Shown here in pieces: positions 9,619-20,120 of a stretch of DNA of 64,000 nt. A model generated the notes under the pieces. It worked only from the letters and a program-made list of their open reading frames with translations. It searched no databases and was not told the origin of the DNA. The number at the start of each line of letters is the position of its first letter. Position 1 is the first letter of the stretch. Origin of the DNA: Candidatus Eiseniibacteriota bacterium (lineage in GTDB: Bacteria > Eisenbacteria > RBG-16-71-46 > JABDJR01); contig CAWANH010000028.1 in the NCBI GenBank assembly GCA_963783375.1, forward strand, positions 640,001 to 704,000. Direction: 5' to 3'. The position numbers and the translations under genes are program-made.

Positions 9619-9886
9619 CGCGGTGAATGCCGTCCGGCCAGGCCGGCGGGACCGCCGCCCCGGCGCTCCTTACGCGCCTGAAGGGCCGACGCGAATGTGG
9701 GGGTCGAAAGATGCACAGAGGTGAACTCGATCACCTCGTGTTTCGCCCAGTTGACCTGGAGCGGGTGTTCGCTTCTACTGCGACGTTCTCGGCTGCGCGA
9801 TTGCGCGGGCGGAGAAGGCCTATCGGCCCCGGCCCTCCGCCCCCAACCGGCCGGTTTGCGGTTGATGCGTCGATCTTGAGGTTCAT

Positions 9887-10330
9887 ATGAAACGCACCGG
9901 CACTCTCACCCTACTTGGATTCGCCCAGCCTGCGGTCCCTCCGGGTTGCAGGCATTCAACTTCAGTGCCCGAGCCCGGCCTGGAAGCGGGCACGGAAATC
10001 GACTGGAATACGACCGGCTTCGACAACGCAATGGACCTCGCCGAGCAGGATGACAGGTTTGTTCTCGTCTACGCCATGGCCCAATGGTGCGGCTGGTGTC
10101 GACAGGTGTCCCAGCACACGTGGGCGGACTCCAGGGTTATCTAATGGGTCAACCTGAACACGGTCCCATTCCAATGGGACATCGACGACGTTGAGCTTCG
10201 CGGGTTGTGGCCGCGGATCTCCGGGGCCCCAACGGTTGTCCTGATCCGTTCGGGCACTGAGATTGACCGCAAGATCGGCTATTCGCCGCCGGACGAATAC
10301 TTGAAGTGGTTTGAATCGTACACGGCCGAT
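9887..10330 (+). pseudogene. Thioredoxin-family protein with an in-frame stop
   Basis: WCGWC motif; TAA at 10142 then the same frame continues ...GAPTVVLI...RKIGYSPPDEY. Confidence 0.7.
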
Positions 10331-10745
10331 TCATCCTCCGCCCCGATCCGCAGCGATTCGGCGAGCCCCCCGGCTCACCGGTGGGGCAGTCCGGCGTCGC
10401 TCCCGCCGGGACTATGTCTTGCTCCTCGCCATCACGGTTGGCCTGGGGCTCTATGAGCTGGCTCAAGGTCCCATGGGGGGCGCGATGGACCCCAAGGATA
10501 TGGTTGCGACCTTCATGGCTGGTGGCGTATCGGCACTTGTGTACAGATCTGTCCACGGAATACCGGTGTGCTTGCGTGGAGGATCGAACCACTAGACGTT
10601 TCCCCGCCGGTAGTGCGCAACAGACAATCCCTGTCACATGGCTCGCCGTCGGGGCGGTCGGTCTGCTGCTTCTTGCTCTGACAAGGCCAGGATCAAGCCT
10701 GACCGCGGGTTTTGCTGGGGTGAGACGAATTGGGAGGGTTTGCCG

Positions 10746-11201
10746 ATGATCCGGGCGATAGCGGTGGTTCTTGTCGGAACCGGCGTATGGATGCTGGTGG
10801 GCCTGTGGACTTCCAACGCACACTTTGGATCCGCACTTCGCGCCGCGGCGGACAGCGCGGGAGCGGGAGTCGTGATCCTCCTTATCGCCCAGCTATTCAT
10901 ACCCATTCTCAAGGCCCTGGCCGGTTTCGGTCTCTTCGCACGGAGGCGCTGGAGCTGGCCCGCCGCCCTGGCCGCATTGACCCTGGACGTCGTCACTCTG
11001 GGCGTATCGATCGGGAGGCTCCACAGCTACGGCGGGGCTGCTTCGCCAATCCCCCCGGAATGGGTCTTGGGCGGATCGGTAGCGCACCGGAGCAGTGCCG
11101 TTCCGATGTACGCCATTTTCCTGCTGAGTCTGGTATGCATCGCGCTGATGAGCACGAGGTCTGTTCGCGGCACTTGGTCGCGTGAATTGGAGGCCGCTTG
11201 A
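10746..11201 (+). CDS. Hypothetical membrane protein
   Basis: GGGAGG RBS and four hydrophobic segments. Confidence 0.55.
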   Translation: MIRAIAVVLVGTGVWMLVGLWTSNAHFGSALRAAADSAGAGVVILLIAQLFIPILKALAGFGLFARRRWSWPAALAALTLDVVTLGVSIGRLHSYGGAASPIPPEWVLGGSVAHRSSAVPMYAIFLLSLVCIALMSTRSVRGTWSRELEAA

Positions 11202-11251
11202 CGCGCCGCTCCTGGCGGCGGCGATCCGCCAGTAGCGACAATCGATGATCC

Positions 11252-11842
11252 ATGCCTTACGTGTATCGGGCGGAAGGGGTTAGCGTGAGATTGGAGACCG
11301 AGAGGCTGATCCTCCGGCGACCGGAGATCGAGGACCTGGCCGACCTGCTCCGGCTTCTTTCGGACCCGTCGTTCGCCGCGGCCGTTCCGGAGATTCCAGG
11401 AACCGAGGGAGAAATCCGGGAGTACCTCGAAATCGAGCGCTCGGCGAACGAGCCTGAGCCGGACAAGTGCTTCAATCTCTTCCTGGAGCGGCGGCGGGAC
11501 AACGGCGTATTGGGCCTGGCAACACTCGTTCTCAGGAAGGACGGTCAGGGGGAAATCGGATACGCTCTGCACGGGGACCATCGTGGTTTCGGTTATGCGA
11601 GTGAGGCCGCCCGTGCGTTCATTGACTACGCTTTCACCGAACTCGGGCTTCACAGGATATACGCCGAGACCACGGCGGATAACACGGCGTCCCGGAAAGT
11701 GATGGAGCGATTGGGTATGAAGCGGGAAGCTCGCTTTCGCGAGATGGTGCGCGAGGATGGCCGCTGGCGCGACAAGGTGGTCTATGCGGTCCTCGAGCAC
11801 GAATGGCCGGCGGTCGCCCCTCTCGACGACCCCCCCGAGTGA
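11252..11842 (+). CDS. GNAT N-acetyltransferase (RimJ/RimL type)
   Basis: LETERLILR, GFGYASEA, NTASRKVMERLGM. Confidence 0.9.
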   Translation: MPYVYRAEGVSVRLETERLILRRPEIEDLADLLRLLSDPSFAAAVPEIPGTEGEIREYLEIERSANEPEPDKCFNLFLERRRDNGVLGLATLVLRKDGQGEIGYALHGDHRGFGYASEAARAFIDYAFTELGLHRIYAETTADNTASRKVMERLGMKREARFREMVREDGRWRDKVVYAVLEHEWPAVAPLDDPPE

Positions 11843-11919
11843 ATCGAGAGCAGGTCGCCGCGCCGGCGACCCCGCTTCCCGGGAAGCGCGACAGGGCCGG
11901 GCCCCGGGAGGGTGATCCA

Positions 11920-12861
11920 ATGGACAACGCAGGCATGCTGGGATCGGTAGGCCGGACGCCGCTTGTGGAACTGTGCCGCATTGTTCCCGCCGGGTACGCG
12001 CGAGTGCTGATCAAGCTCGAGAGCCACAACCCGACCGGGAGCATGAAGGATCGAATGGCTCTCTCGGTGGTCGGCGGCGCCCTGTCGACGGGTCGTTTGA
12101 CCACGACCGGGAGGATTGTCGAGTACACGGGAGGCAGCACGGGAACCTCCCTGGCGTTCGTCTGCGCAGCCCGTGGGCTTGCCATCACGCTCGTCACCTC
12201 GGACGCATTCAGCCGCGAGAAGCGCGACCACATGCGCGCCCTTGGAGCCATGGTCATCGAGATTCCAAGCGGGGGAGGCGGTACCACCAAAGAGCTGATC
12301 CGGAGCATGATGGCCAGGGCGGCCGAGCTCAGCGCGATGCCGGGGATGTACCACGCAGACCAGTTCAACAACCCCCACGCGGCGGCGGGCTACGCCCCGC
12401 TTGCGGAGGAGTTGTGGGAGCAATCCGGCGGGCGGCTGGACGCCTTCGTGCAATCGGTGGGCACAGCGCAGTGCATCACCGGGGTGGCGAGGGTTCTCCG
12501 CGGCCGCCATGCGCGGATCCGGATCGTCGCCGTGGAACCCGCCGAATCCCCGGTTCTCTCCGGCGGTACGCCCGGCGCCCACGAGATTGAGGGTGTCGGA
12601 CCCGGTTTCATCCCCCCCATGTGGGACCAAGGCCTCACCGATGACATCCTCCGGGTATCCACCGCCGAGGCCAAGGAGACGGCCCGGCGCCTGGCGGCGG
12701 AAGAGGGGGTTTTTGCCGGAACCTCCTCCGGCGCCAACGTCGTCGCCGCGCTCCGGGTCGCCGAGCGCCTTGGATCCGGAAAGACCGTGGCGACACTGGT
12801 CTCCGACTCCGGGCTGAAGTACCTCTCGACCGATCTCTACTCTAGCCTGGAGCCTCGGTGA
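11920..12861 (+). CDS. PLP-dependent cysteine synthase family protein
   Basis: KLESHNPTGSMKDR, GTSSGAN, DSGLKYLST. Confidence 0.9.
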   Translation: MDNAGMLGSVGRTPLVELCRIVPAGYARVLIKLESHNPTGSMKDRMALSVVGGALSTGRLTTTGRIVEYTGGSTGTSLAFVCAARGLAITLVTSDAFSREKRDHMRALGAMVIEIPSGGGGTTKELIRSMMARAAELSAMPGMYHADQFNNPHAAAGYAPLAEELWEQSGGRLDAFVQSVGTAQCITGVARVLRGRHARIRIVAVEPAESPVLSGGTPGAHEIEGVGPGFIPPMWDQGLTDDILRVSTAEAKETARRLAAEEGVFAGTSSGANVVAALRVAERLGSGKTVATLVSDSGLKYLSTDLYSSLEPR

Positions 12862-13011
12862 CAGGTGGCCCGCGGGGGCCGCGCTGCAGCTCCACCGATT
12901 GTGACCCGGAGACCACGGGCTCCGTCAGGACCGCATCCAATCGCCGAGAGCCGGCGCCCGCCGGATGGAGCGACATGACGACCGCGGATCGATGCGGTAC
13001 ATTCCCGGAAG

Positions 13012-13974
13012 ATGAGAAGAGTTGTCCTGGCGACCGGGAGGCCTTTCAACCCACGGGTGTTCTGGGGCGTGGTATGTCTCAACGTCCCGGCCGTCTTCGC
13101 GCTGATTCCTTTCGCCGGGTACCTACGGAAAGCCTACGATGATCCCGGAGCGGAGGCGTTCTCCGGCTGGGGTCCGCTTGTTGCCGACCGGGTGGTTGTC
13201 CTCGCCTTGATCGCCGTCCTGGCCGGAATCGGCTTGGCGCTGGCCAACCGCATCGGGCTGGGACTGCCCTTCGTCGAGCGTTGGGTCGAGGGAGCGTCTC
13301 CGCAGGGCCGGTTTCGCGGCGTACTCGCCATGGGATGCCTTGTCGGAGCAGGTTGCGCCGGCCTCATCCTGCTCCTGGACTTCCGGGTGTTTCGGGCGCC
13401 GATGCTGAGCATGTTCCGGGAGTTGGGCATCGCGGCCCCCAAGGAGTCCGTCGCTCCGCCCTTCTTCGGATTCCTGGCCGCCATCTCGGCCGGAATCACC
13501 GAAGAGACCATGTTTCGTCTATTCGGGCTCAGCTTGCTGGCCTGGATCGGCGGGCTTCTCTTCCACACCGTGGATGGCCGGCCTACTCTGGGGGTGTTGT
13601 GGGCGGCCAACATCCTCTTCGCTCTGATTTTCGGGGCGGCCCACCTGGCGGACGCCCATGCAATCGGCTGGCCGATGAACGCCCTGGTGCTCAGCCGGAC
13701 GTTCATCCCGAACGGCGCGGCCGGTTTGGCTTTCGGCTGGCTCTTCTGGACCTACGGCCTGGAAAGCGCCATCCTGGCCCACTTCTTCACCGACGTCGGC
13801 CTGTACACCCTGGTGCCCATCGTCATTCTCCGGGAGGGGCCGGTCGCCAAATCGATCGCCGGCGCGATCGTGGCTCTCGTGGTCCTGCTCGGCGTGGCCT
13901 GGGCGGTCAGGACCCTGGTTCGAGAAAGTCGGCGCGAGGTGGCCGAAGCTGAGGGGGGCCCGAATGCCCGCTAG
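13012..13974 (+). CDS. CPBP family intramembrane glutamic endopeptidase
   Basis: EETMFR, FGAAH, AILAHF motifs. Confidence 0.85.
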   Translation: MRRVVLATGRPFNPRVFWGVVCLNVPAVFALIPFAGYLRKAYDDPGAEAFSGWGPLVADRVVVLALIAVLAGIGLALANRIGLGLPFVERWVEGASPQGRFRGVLAMGCLVGAGCAGLILLLDFRVFRAPMLSMFRELGIAAPKESVAPPFFGFLAAISAGITEETMFRLFGLSLLAWIGGLLFHTVDGRPTLGVLWAANILFALIFGAAHLADAHAIGWPMNALVLSRTFIPNGAAGLAFGWLFWTYGLESAILAHFFTDVGLYTLVPIVILREGPVAKSIAGAIVALVVLLGVAWAVRTLVRESRREVAEAEGGPNAR

Positions 13975-14073
13975 CTTCGATCTGGACTGCGACGGCGCCT
14001 GGGCTCGGATGGCCGGCTTCAGCGGGGTGAGTCCCCGGGTCCCGCACGGTAGGACACCGAAAGGAGGGCCTTC

Positions 14074-14259
14074 ATGGCCAAAGTCGTACGGTCCGAGTTC
14101 ATGGGAAACGGTATTGTCTTCTGGCTCCTCTGCGTCACGATCGTCGGGATCCCCGTCGCGGTCCTGTATGTCATCAACGGTACGCTCCGGGTCGAGGAAG
14201 AGCTCAGGGATCCCGAGGAGTTCATCAAGCGCTTTCGCGGCAGGCGATCCAAGGGATAG
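14074..14259 (+). CDS. Small membrane protein (DUF6693-like)
   Basis: AAGGAGG RBS; one hydrophobic helix, FWLLCVTIVGIP. Confidence 0.65.
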   Translation: MAKVVRSEFMGNGIVFWLLCVTIVGIPVAVLYVINGTLRVEEELRDPEEFIKRFRGRRSKG

Positions 14260-14264
14260 GTAGA

Positions 14265-14768
14265 TTGTCGAACGCGAGCCGAACTTCGCCCGGTCACCCG
14301 GTCCGCCGATACCTTCTGGTCGGGGTCGGCGCGTATGTCGTCGCGCTATTTGCCGCCCTTTTCGTACTCTTCATGGTTTGGCGATCCCTGCCGGACTGGA
14401 AGCCGGCTCGCGTCACATATGAGGTGAGGGGATCCAGGGACACGCTCTACATCAAGGGCATCGCTTATGGACTCACCGGAGACAATCAGCAGTGGTGGAT
14501 CACGTCGAATCGCGGAAACAAGGAACCCGACTCGTTGATGGACTACGTCTTCACGGGGTTGGAACCCTTTTCCTACAGGTTGACGGCCGACACCTTGGTG
14601 GTTTTTTCGAGACGGACGGCCGACGCACCCGTCCAGTTTCGGTCAGGTATCACGGTGCGCCAGGTCGAACTGTCGAATCCGCAGATGATGAGCCTCTTCC
14701 GGACCGGCGATTCACTCGGTCTGGGCCGGACGCGGTTCGGTGAGGATCAACCGGGTCGGGACCGTTGA
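14265..14768 (+). CDS. Hypothetical membrane-anchored protein
   Basis: N-terminal TM helix followed by a beta-rich domain. Confidence 0.55.
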   Translation: MSNASRTSPGHPVRRYLLVGVGAYVVALFAALFVLFMVWRSLPDWKPARVTYEVRGSRDTLYIKGIAYGLTGDNQQWWITSNRGNKEPDSLMDYVFTGLEPFSYRLTADTLVVFSRRTADAPVQFRSGITVRQVELSNPQMMSLFRTGDSLGLGRTRFGEDQPGRDR

Positions 14769-14847
14769 TGTCCTTCGGTCCGATGGCCGGCGAGCCTGGG
14801 CGCCGTCGAATCGCCGGTCAATGCGGTACTCCTGATGGGGACGGAAG

Positions 14848-15537
14848 ATGAAGAAGATCTGTATTGTCGGTGCCTCCGGGAAGCTAGGGCGCTACATGGT
14901 GCAGCATGCGCTGGACCGGGGCTACGAGGTGGTCGGCGTTTGCCGGCAACGCAGCGTGGGGAAACTCGACCCGTTCAAGGGGCACATCACCGTGCTTCCC
15001 GGCAAGACGAACGACCGCGCGGTCATCAAACAGGCGGTGGCGGAGTGCGACGGAGTGCTCACCGTGCTGGCTCCCTGGGGCGTTCAGCAGTACTCCTCGG
15101 GCACGGCCCAGGCCGTCATGGATTTTGCCGAACCCGGCGCCCGCCTTGTGTTCTCCTGCGGATGGCACATCAGCCTGGACGGCAAGGACGTCTACCCCTG
15201 GAAACTGAGGATGTTGCTGAAGATCGCCGGTCCGATCGCGCGGCTCTTCCGGGTGGTGGAATTGGACGACCAGGTTGAGGCTTGCAGGCGCATATTCGCC
15301 AGCGACACGAAGTGGACGGTGGTGCGTGGAAGCGATCTCGAGGAGGGGGAAAGCCAGGGCCTCCCTGTCTGGAGCCGGCACGTGGGCGATCCCATCCTCG
15401 AGAGCAATCTCACCCGCCGGGTAGACTTCGCCCTCTTCATGGTGGCGGCTCTGGAGAACGACGACCTCGTTCACGAGGCCCCCGCGATCGTCGGGTGCCG
15501 GTCGACTTCGGCGCTCGCAAACGAAACCGTTGGCTAG
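14848..15537 (+). CDS. NAD(P)-binding oxidoreductase (NAD(P)H-binding/flavin reductase-like)
   Basis: GASGKLG Rossmann motif, WTVVR, RRVDFA. Confidence 0.85.
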   Translation: MKKICIVGASGKLGRYMVQHALDRGYEVVGVCRQRSVGKLDPFKGHITVLPGKTNDRAVIKQAVAECDGVLTVLAPWGVQQYSSGTAQAVMDFAEPGARLVFSCGWHISLDGKDVYPWKLRMLLKIAGPIARLFRVVELDDQVEACRRIFASDTKWTVVRGSDLEEGESQGLPVWSRHVGDPILESNLTRRVDFALFMVAALENDDLVHEAPAIVGCRSTSALANETVG

Positions 15538-15679
15538 GGATCTTCCAGTCGCACTCCGACCGCGGCGGCTTCGGTGTTAGACTTCGCTGGCGGACCTCGC
15601 CGGGGATGCGTACCGTCGGCTCCGCCTGAAGCCCGGACCCAGGGTCCGGTGCCGCCAATGCCCTAACTGGAGACCTCTG

Positions 15680-16015
15680 ATGAGCAAGATCGATCGTAAG
15701 GCGCGCGTTCGCGAATACATGGACAGTCCCCGGCCCGCAGGGGTTTACCGGATTCGAAACACGTCGACGGGGCGGGCGCTGATCGGTTCGACCACCGATC
15801 TCCCCGGCATGCTGAACCGCCAGCGGTTCCAGCTGAACAACGGCTCGCATCCCGACCGTGAGCTTCAGAGGGAATGGAACGAGTTCGGCGCGGCCGTCTT
15901 CGAGTTCGAGACGCTGGATCGGTTGGAACCTCGTGACGAGCCGGACTACGACCCGACCGAGGATCTCGCCGTCCTCGAGAAGATGTGGATCGAGAAGCTT
16001 GCGTCGCCCGAATAG
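15680..16015 (+). CDS. GIY-YIG nuclease family protein
   Basis: GVYRIRN...LIGS, LQREWNEFG. Confidence 0.85.
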   Translation: MSKIDRKARVREYMDSPRPAGVYRIRNTSTGRALIGSTTDLPGMLNRQRFQLNNGSHPDRELQREWNEFGAAVFEFETLDRLEPRDEPDYDPTEDLAVLEKMWIEKLASPE

Positions 16016-16047
16016 CCGCCCGCGGGAGGTCGTGAAAGGGAGGCCCC

Positions 16048-16437
16048 ATGTCCGTCCGTATCGTCAGGCTCGGGAGCCCCAGAGCGAAGAATGAAGGGGT
16101 ACGGATCGGAACCGTGCGCCGCCCGCCCCGCGGTGTACCCAGGACCGAGTTCTCCTCCCAGAACTGGTACGACGTGTGGTTTCCCAACCTCGCCCCGAGC
16201 GTCCCGGTCATGAAGCTCGGGCAGGAAGCGGCCACTCCCGCGCAGTGGGCCGCCTTCGTCAGGAAGTACCGGGCGGAGATGGCGACCCCGGATAGGGTCC
16301 ATGCGCTCGAGCTCCTGGCCGCGCTTTCCCATCAATGCAACTTCTCCGTCGGCTGCTACTGCGAGAACGAGAACCACTGCCATCGCTCGGTGTTGCGGGA
16401 GCTTCTCGCCCAGCGGGGCGCCCTGATGGGGGACTGA
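16048..16437 (+). CDS. DUF488 family protein
   Basis: RRPPRGV, LAPS, CYCENENHCHRS. Confidence 0.85.
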   Translation: MSVRIVRLGSPRAKNEGVRIGTVRRPPRGVPRTEFSSQNWYDVWFPNLAPSVPVMKLGQEAATPAQWAAFVRKYRAEMATPDRVHALELLAALSHQCNFSVGCYCENENHCHRSVLRELLAQRGALMGD

Positions 16438-16700
16438 ACGGGTCGAGACCGCCCAGCGCGGATCATGGGCCTTGGATGCGCCCTTCGCGCCGCTCCGGAC
16501 GGGTCGCGATAGGCTCCCGAGGAAATGACCCCCCGGCCGGCGGCCCGAGATCGGACGAAAGCGGCTCTGCTTGGGAGGCCCCCGGTTTGCGCGGGGCCGA
16601 GGCCGTGCTAGCCTAGGGAATTCAGAGGACGCATCTCACCCCGGTTGCGCGCCCGACTCGGGCGCGGCTTCCATCTGACCCGTTCCACCGGACCCGACCC

Positions 16701-17066
16701 ATGCGGCACCGACTTTCACAAATCAACCTTGCGCTACGAGCGGTGATGGAGTTGGCGATCGTTCTCGCCGCCGGCTACTGGGGCTACCGTACCGGCACGA
16801 CGGTGGCCTCCCGGGTCGCCCTGGCGATCGCCGCACCCACCCTTGTCTTCGGTTTCTGGGGCCTGGTTGATTTCCACCAGGCCGGCGGGGCGGCCGAACC
16901 GCTTCGACTTTTCCAGGAGCTCTTCGTCACCGGCCTCGCGGCCGCGGCCCTCTACGTGGGGGGGCAGCGCTCGTTTGCCCTGGCGCTGGCCGGTCTTTCG
17001 GTCGTCCACCATGCCCTGGTGTATGCGCTGGGGAGCCGGCTCTTGAAGGATTCACGCCCGGCCTAG
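16701..17066 (+). CDS. YrdB (DUF2568) family membrane protein
   Basis: NLALRAVMEL...YWG pattern. Confidence 0.7.
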   Translation: MRHRLSQINLALRAVMELAIVLAAGYWGYRTGTTVASRVALAIAAPTLVFGFWGLVDFHQAGGAAEPLRLFQELFVTGLAAAALYVGGQRSFALALAGLSVVHHALVYALGSRLLKDSRPA

Positions 17067-17096
17067 CCCGTCTTCCAGCGTGCCGGAGGAGTTCAA

Positions 17097-17564
17097 TTGC
17101 TGCACATCTTCGTCGACGCCGATGCATGTCCGGTGAAGGAAGAGGTGTTCCGCGTTGCGCGACGATATCTCCTCGAAGTCACCCTGGTGAGCAACTCCTG
17201 GATGCGCGTACCGGATGAACCGTGGATCGCCCTCGAGGTGGTGGGCGGCGGCTTCGACGAGGCCGATGACTGGATCGTCGCGGCGGTTGAACCCGACGAC
17301 ATCGTGATCACCGCCGACATTCCGCTCGCCGGCCGCGTGCTCAAGGAAGGGGCCCGCGCCATCGGCTCGACCGGCAAACCGTTCACGGAAGCGAATATCG
17401 GCCAGGCCGTCGCGACCCGCGATCTCCTGGCCGACCTTCGCGGCGCGGGGGAGATCATGGGAGGGCCGCCGCCCCTCCGGAAGGCGGACCGGTCCCGCTT
17501 CCTCCAGGCGCTGGATGAGGCGGTCCAGTCCATTCGCCGAAACCGGCCGTCCGAAGCGGGCTGA
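17097..17564 (+). CDS. YaiI/YqxD family protein
   Basis: IFVDADACPVKEE, DIVITADIPLA. Confidence 0.9.
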   Translation: MLHIFVDADACPVKEEVFRVARRYLLEVTLVSNSWMRVPDEPWIALEVVGGGFDEADDWIVAAVEPDDIVITADIPLAGRVLKEGARAIGSTGKPFTEANIGQAVATRDLLADLRGAGEIMGGPPPLRKADRSRFLQALDEAVQSIRRNRPSEAG

Positions 17565-17579
17565 GAACCCACCCGAGCG

Positions 17580-18149
17580 ATGAGGCCTTCCAGGAATCCC
17601 CTCGATCCCCGTCCTGAATTTCGAGCCGGCGCGCCGGCCGACGCCCTCGTCGTCGGCGTCCTGGCCACGCAGGTGTTTCTGGACACCTACGCCACGGAAG
17701 GGATTCGCCCGGCGCTGGCGCGGGAGGTGCTGGCCTGGTGCTCCCCCGCGGCCTTCGCAGCGAGACTGTCCCATGAAGCGCAGACGTTCATCCTGGCCGA
17801 GAGACTCGATCACCTGGTCGGCTTCGCAGAGGTCCATCTCGCGAGCCCGGCGCCGGTGGCTCCCCGGGCGCCCGGCGCTCCCGTCGCCCACGGCGGCGAC
17901 GTCGAGCTCGTCCGCCTCTACGTGCAACGGCCCTTCCAGCGGAGAGGCATCGGGACGGAACTGGTTCGACGAACCGAACGCCTCGCCACCGCCGCGGGGA
18001 AGACGGCCCTCTGGCTGTCCGCGTGGGCGGGCAACGACCGCGCGCTTGCGTTCTATCGCGCCCTCGGCTATAAGGACGCGGGATCGGTCAACCACGTGAT
18101 CGAGGGACAGGCCTTCGAGAATCGCGTGCTGGTCAAATCCCCCCTGTAG
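17580..18149 (+). CDS. GNAT N-acetyltransferase
   Basis: RLYV, FQRRGIG, NDRALAFY. Confidence 0.85.
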   Translation: MRPSRNPLDPRPEFRAGAPADALVVGVLATQVFLDTYATEGIRPALAREVLAWCSPAAFAARLSHEAQTFILAERLDHLVGFAEVHLASPAPVAPRAPGAPVAHGGDVELVRLYVQRPFQRRGIGTELVRRTERLATAAGKTALWLSAWAGNDRALAFYRALGYKDAGSVNHVIEGQAFENRVLVKSPL

Positions 18150-18213
18150 GCGGTCGATACCCCGGTGCTTCGTGAGGCTTGGGCCGCTCGGCGGCGGTGC
18201 CACCCCACCGGCC

Positions 18214-18345
18214 ACCGTATTGGAATGTCGGCCGGCGTTCCGCGCACCGGAACCAGAACGTTACGGGAGGTCCCATGAAACCGTATTGGAATGTCGGCCG
18301 GCGTTCCCCGCGCGGGAACCGAAACGTCATGGAAGGTTCCATTAA
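18214..18345. repeat. 66-bp tandem duplication (2 copies)
   Basis: ACCGTATTGGAATGTCGGCCGGCGTTCC occurs at 18214 and 18280. Confidence 0.85.
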
Positions 18346-18555
18346 CAGGCTCGGCTGCCTGGGCTGCCTGGGGTTCCTGGGCTGCATCGGATTCCTGCCC
18401 GGAGCCGAGGTCTTCTTCCTGCTCTTTCTGCTGTTCGGCTTGTTCGTTCTGTTCCTCCTTCCGGGGCGTTCAGGGCGGAGATGAGGACCGGGAACCTGGA
18501 CACATCCACCATGAACCGGTTGCCGGTGGCGACTACGAACGGAGGTTGCGCGTTG

Positions 18556-18948
18556 GTGAAGGGCATATCCCCGAAAAGCCTGGCCGCATCGCTGGCCGAG
18601 CTGTGGTCACCCAAGGTCATCGCCGAAGTCGACGACTCCTACGTGAAGGTGGCGAAGGTCCACGGGAAGCTCGCCTGGCACAGTCATGACGACGAGGACG
18701 AGATGTTCTTCGTCCTGAAGGGCCGACTGCGCATCGAGATGGAATCCGGAGCGATCGAGTTGAACGAAGGGGACCTCTACGTGGTGCCGAAGGGGACCCG
18801 ACACAATCCGGTGGCCGAAGAGGAGTGCCACCTTCTGCTCATCGAAAGAAAGACCACGCTGCACACGGGAGACACGGCCACCGACCGGACCCGCTCGCTG
18901 GAAGAGCAACTGGGTCGGTTCAGGGATGGATCCGGGGACGGCGATTGA
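18556..18948 (+). CDS. Cupin domain protein
   Basis: WHSHDDEDEMF, VPKGTRHNP; GGAGG RBS. Confidence 0.9.
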   Translation: MKGISPKSLAASLAELWSPKVIAEVDDSYVKVAKVHGKLAWHSHDDEDEMFFVLKGRLRIEMESGAIELNEGDLYVVPKGTRHNPVAEEECHLLLIERKTTLHTGDTATDRTRSLEEQLGRFRDGSGDGD

Positions 18949-18979
18949 TCGCCCCGGGAGCTTCGATTGGGAGGCTCCG

Positions 18980-19447
18980 ATGAGATCGATACTCGCGATC
19001 GGCCTGCTCACGGCTTCGTCTCCGGCTTTCGCCGCAAGCACGGTCACCGTGGTCACCCCGGTCAACGTATCGGACCTGCCGCTGCAGTTTCGAGTGGAGA
19101 CCGAATCCTACGGCAATGGAATGATGCGGTTCGACTTGTTCGTGTTCCCGGGCGCCGCGGACATTTCCCCCCGGCGGGAGGCTCGGTTTGTCGTATGGGG
19201 AGCAGGCGCCGAGGGCCCACCGGACAGGGGTTTTGGCGCCCGCCCCCCCGCCGAGCGTCCCCTGACCCTCGCGGTGTCCCGGGTCGCCGGGGACCCCCTG
19301 GAACCGGGGCTGCGCTATGAGGTCCAGGCGCACCGGAGCCTGCTCTCCAGGATCAGCCTTACCTTCCGGAATTTCGACCCGGGCGGACAAGCTTCGTTCG
19401 ACGGCTACGAGATCATGCTGGGAGCGTTCGTGACGGCGGATGATTGA
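18980..19447 (+). CDS. Hypothetical secreted protein
   Basis: GGGAGG RBS; signal peptide ending AFA. Confidence 0.6.
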   Translation: MRSILAIGLLTASSPAFAASTVTVVTPVNVSDLPLQFRVETESYGNGMMRFDLFVFPGAADISPRREARFVVWGAGAEGPPDRGFGARPPAERPLTLAVSRVAGDPLEPGLRYEVQAHRSLLSRISLTFRNFDPGGQASFDGYEIMLGAFVTADD

Positions 19448-19748
19448 CCCTCGCGCGGTCCCCCACCAGCACGGCCGGGCCGGACAACATCGCCTTCAGA
19501 AACATTCCCAAGCTCCGGAGAGAGCACTTCCGGCTGGCCGGAAGGGCTCGGAAGCAGCATGCCGGATCCGTGAGGCCGCCGACACTATCGCCCTGTTCTT
19601 CGAGGGCGGCCGCGGGCTCGGCCCCGCCTGGCGGCCGGCTGATCCCCCCTCGCAACACGGCTTCATGAATGGAGCGGACTAGGCACGTCTTCCGTCGCCG
19701 GTTAATCTCCTGCCCGCGCCGCCCACGGACCAACCGAGGACACCGACG

Positions 19749-20099
19749 ATGCACGTGATGGATCCGCCCCCCCTGACCCCGATTTCCGCGTTCTACAGCC
19801 GGAACGCCGGCAGCGCCCCCCTGGGGTCCGGAAGCGGTGAGGCCCATGCTCACGTGGTCCGGTTCGAGCCCGGGGGCGCGATCGGTCCGCATCCGGCGGG
19901 GTTCGCCCAGCTCTTCATCCCGGTCTCCGGGTCGGGGTGGATCGCGGGGCCCGACGGCGCGCACCGGGGCCTCGGGCCCGGGCAGGTGGGCTACGTGGCC
20001 CGGGGCGAGATCCACTCGAAGGGAAGCGACGCCGGCATGGTCGCGATCATGGTGCAGGTGCGCGACTTCGCGCCGCATGACGGCGGCAACCGTGACTGA
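19749..20099 (+). CDS. Cupin domain protein
   Basis: PGGAIGPHPA..QLF, GEIH. Confidence 0.75.
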   Translation: MHVMDPPPLTPISAFYSRNAGSAPLGSGSGEAHAHVVRFEPGGAIGPHPAGFAQLFIPVSGSGWIAGPDGAHRGLGPGQVGYVARGEIHSKGSDAGMVAIMVQVRDFAPHDGGNRD

Positions 20100-20120
20100 C
20101 CCTCATCGTTCGGCGGGTGG

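Noticed and set aside
10595-10727. Possible attC remnant (CAGACAA..CTGTCAC, ending GTGAGAC)
   Set aside because: The core sites are not recognisable, so it is too degenerate to call.
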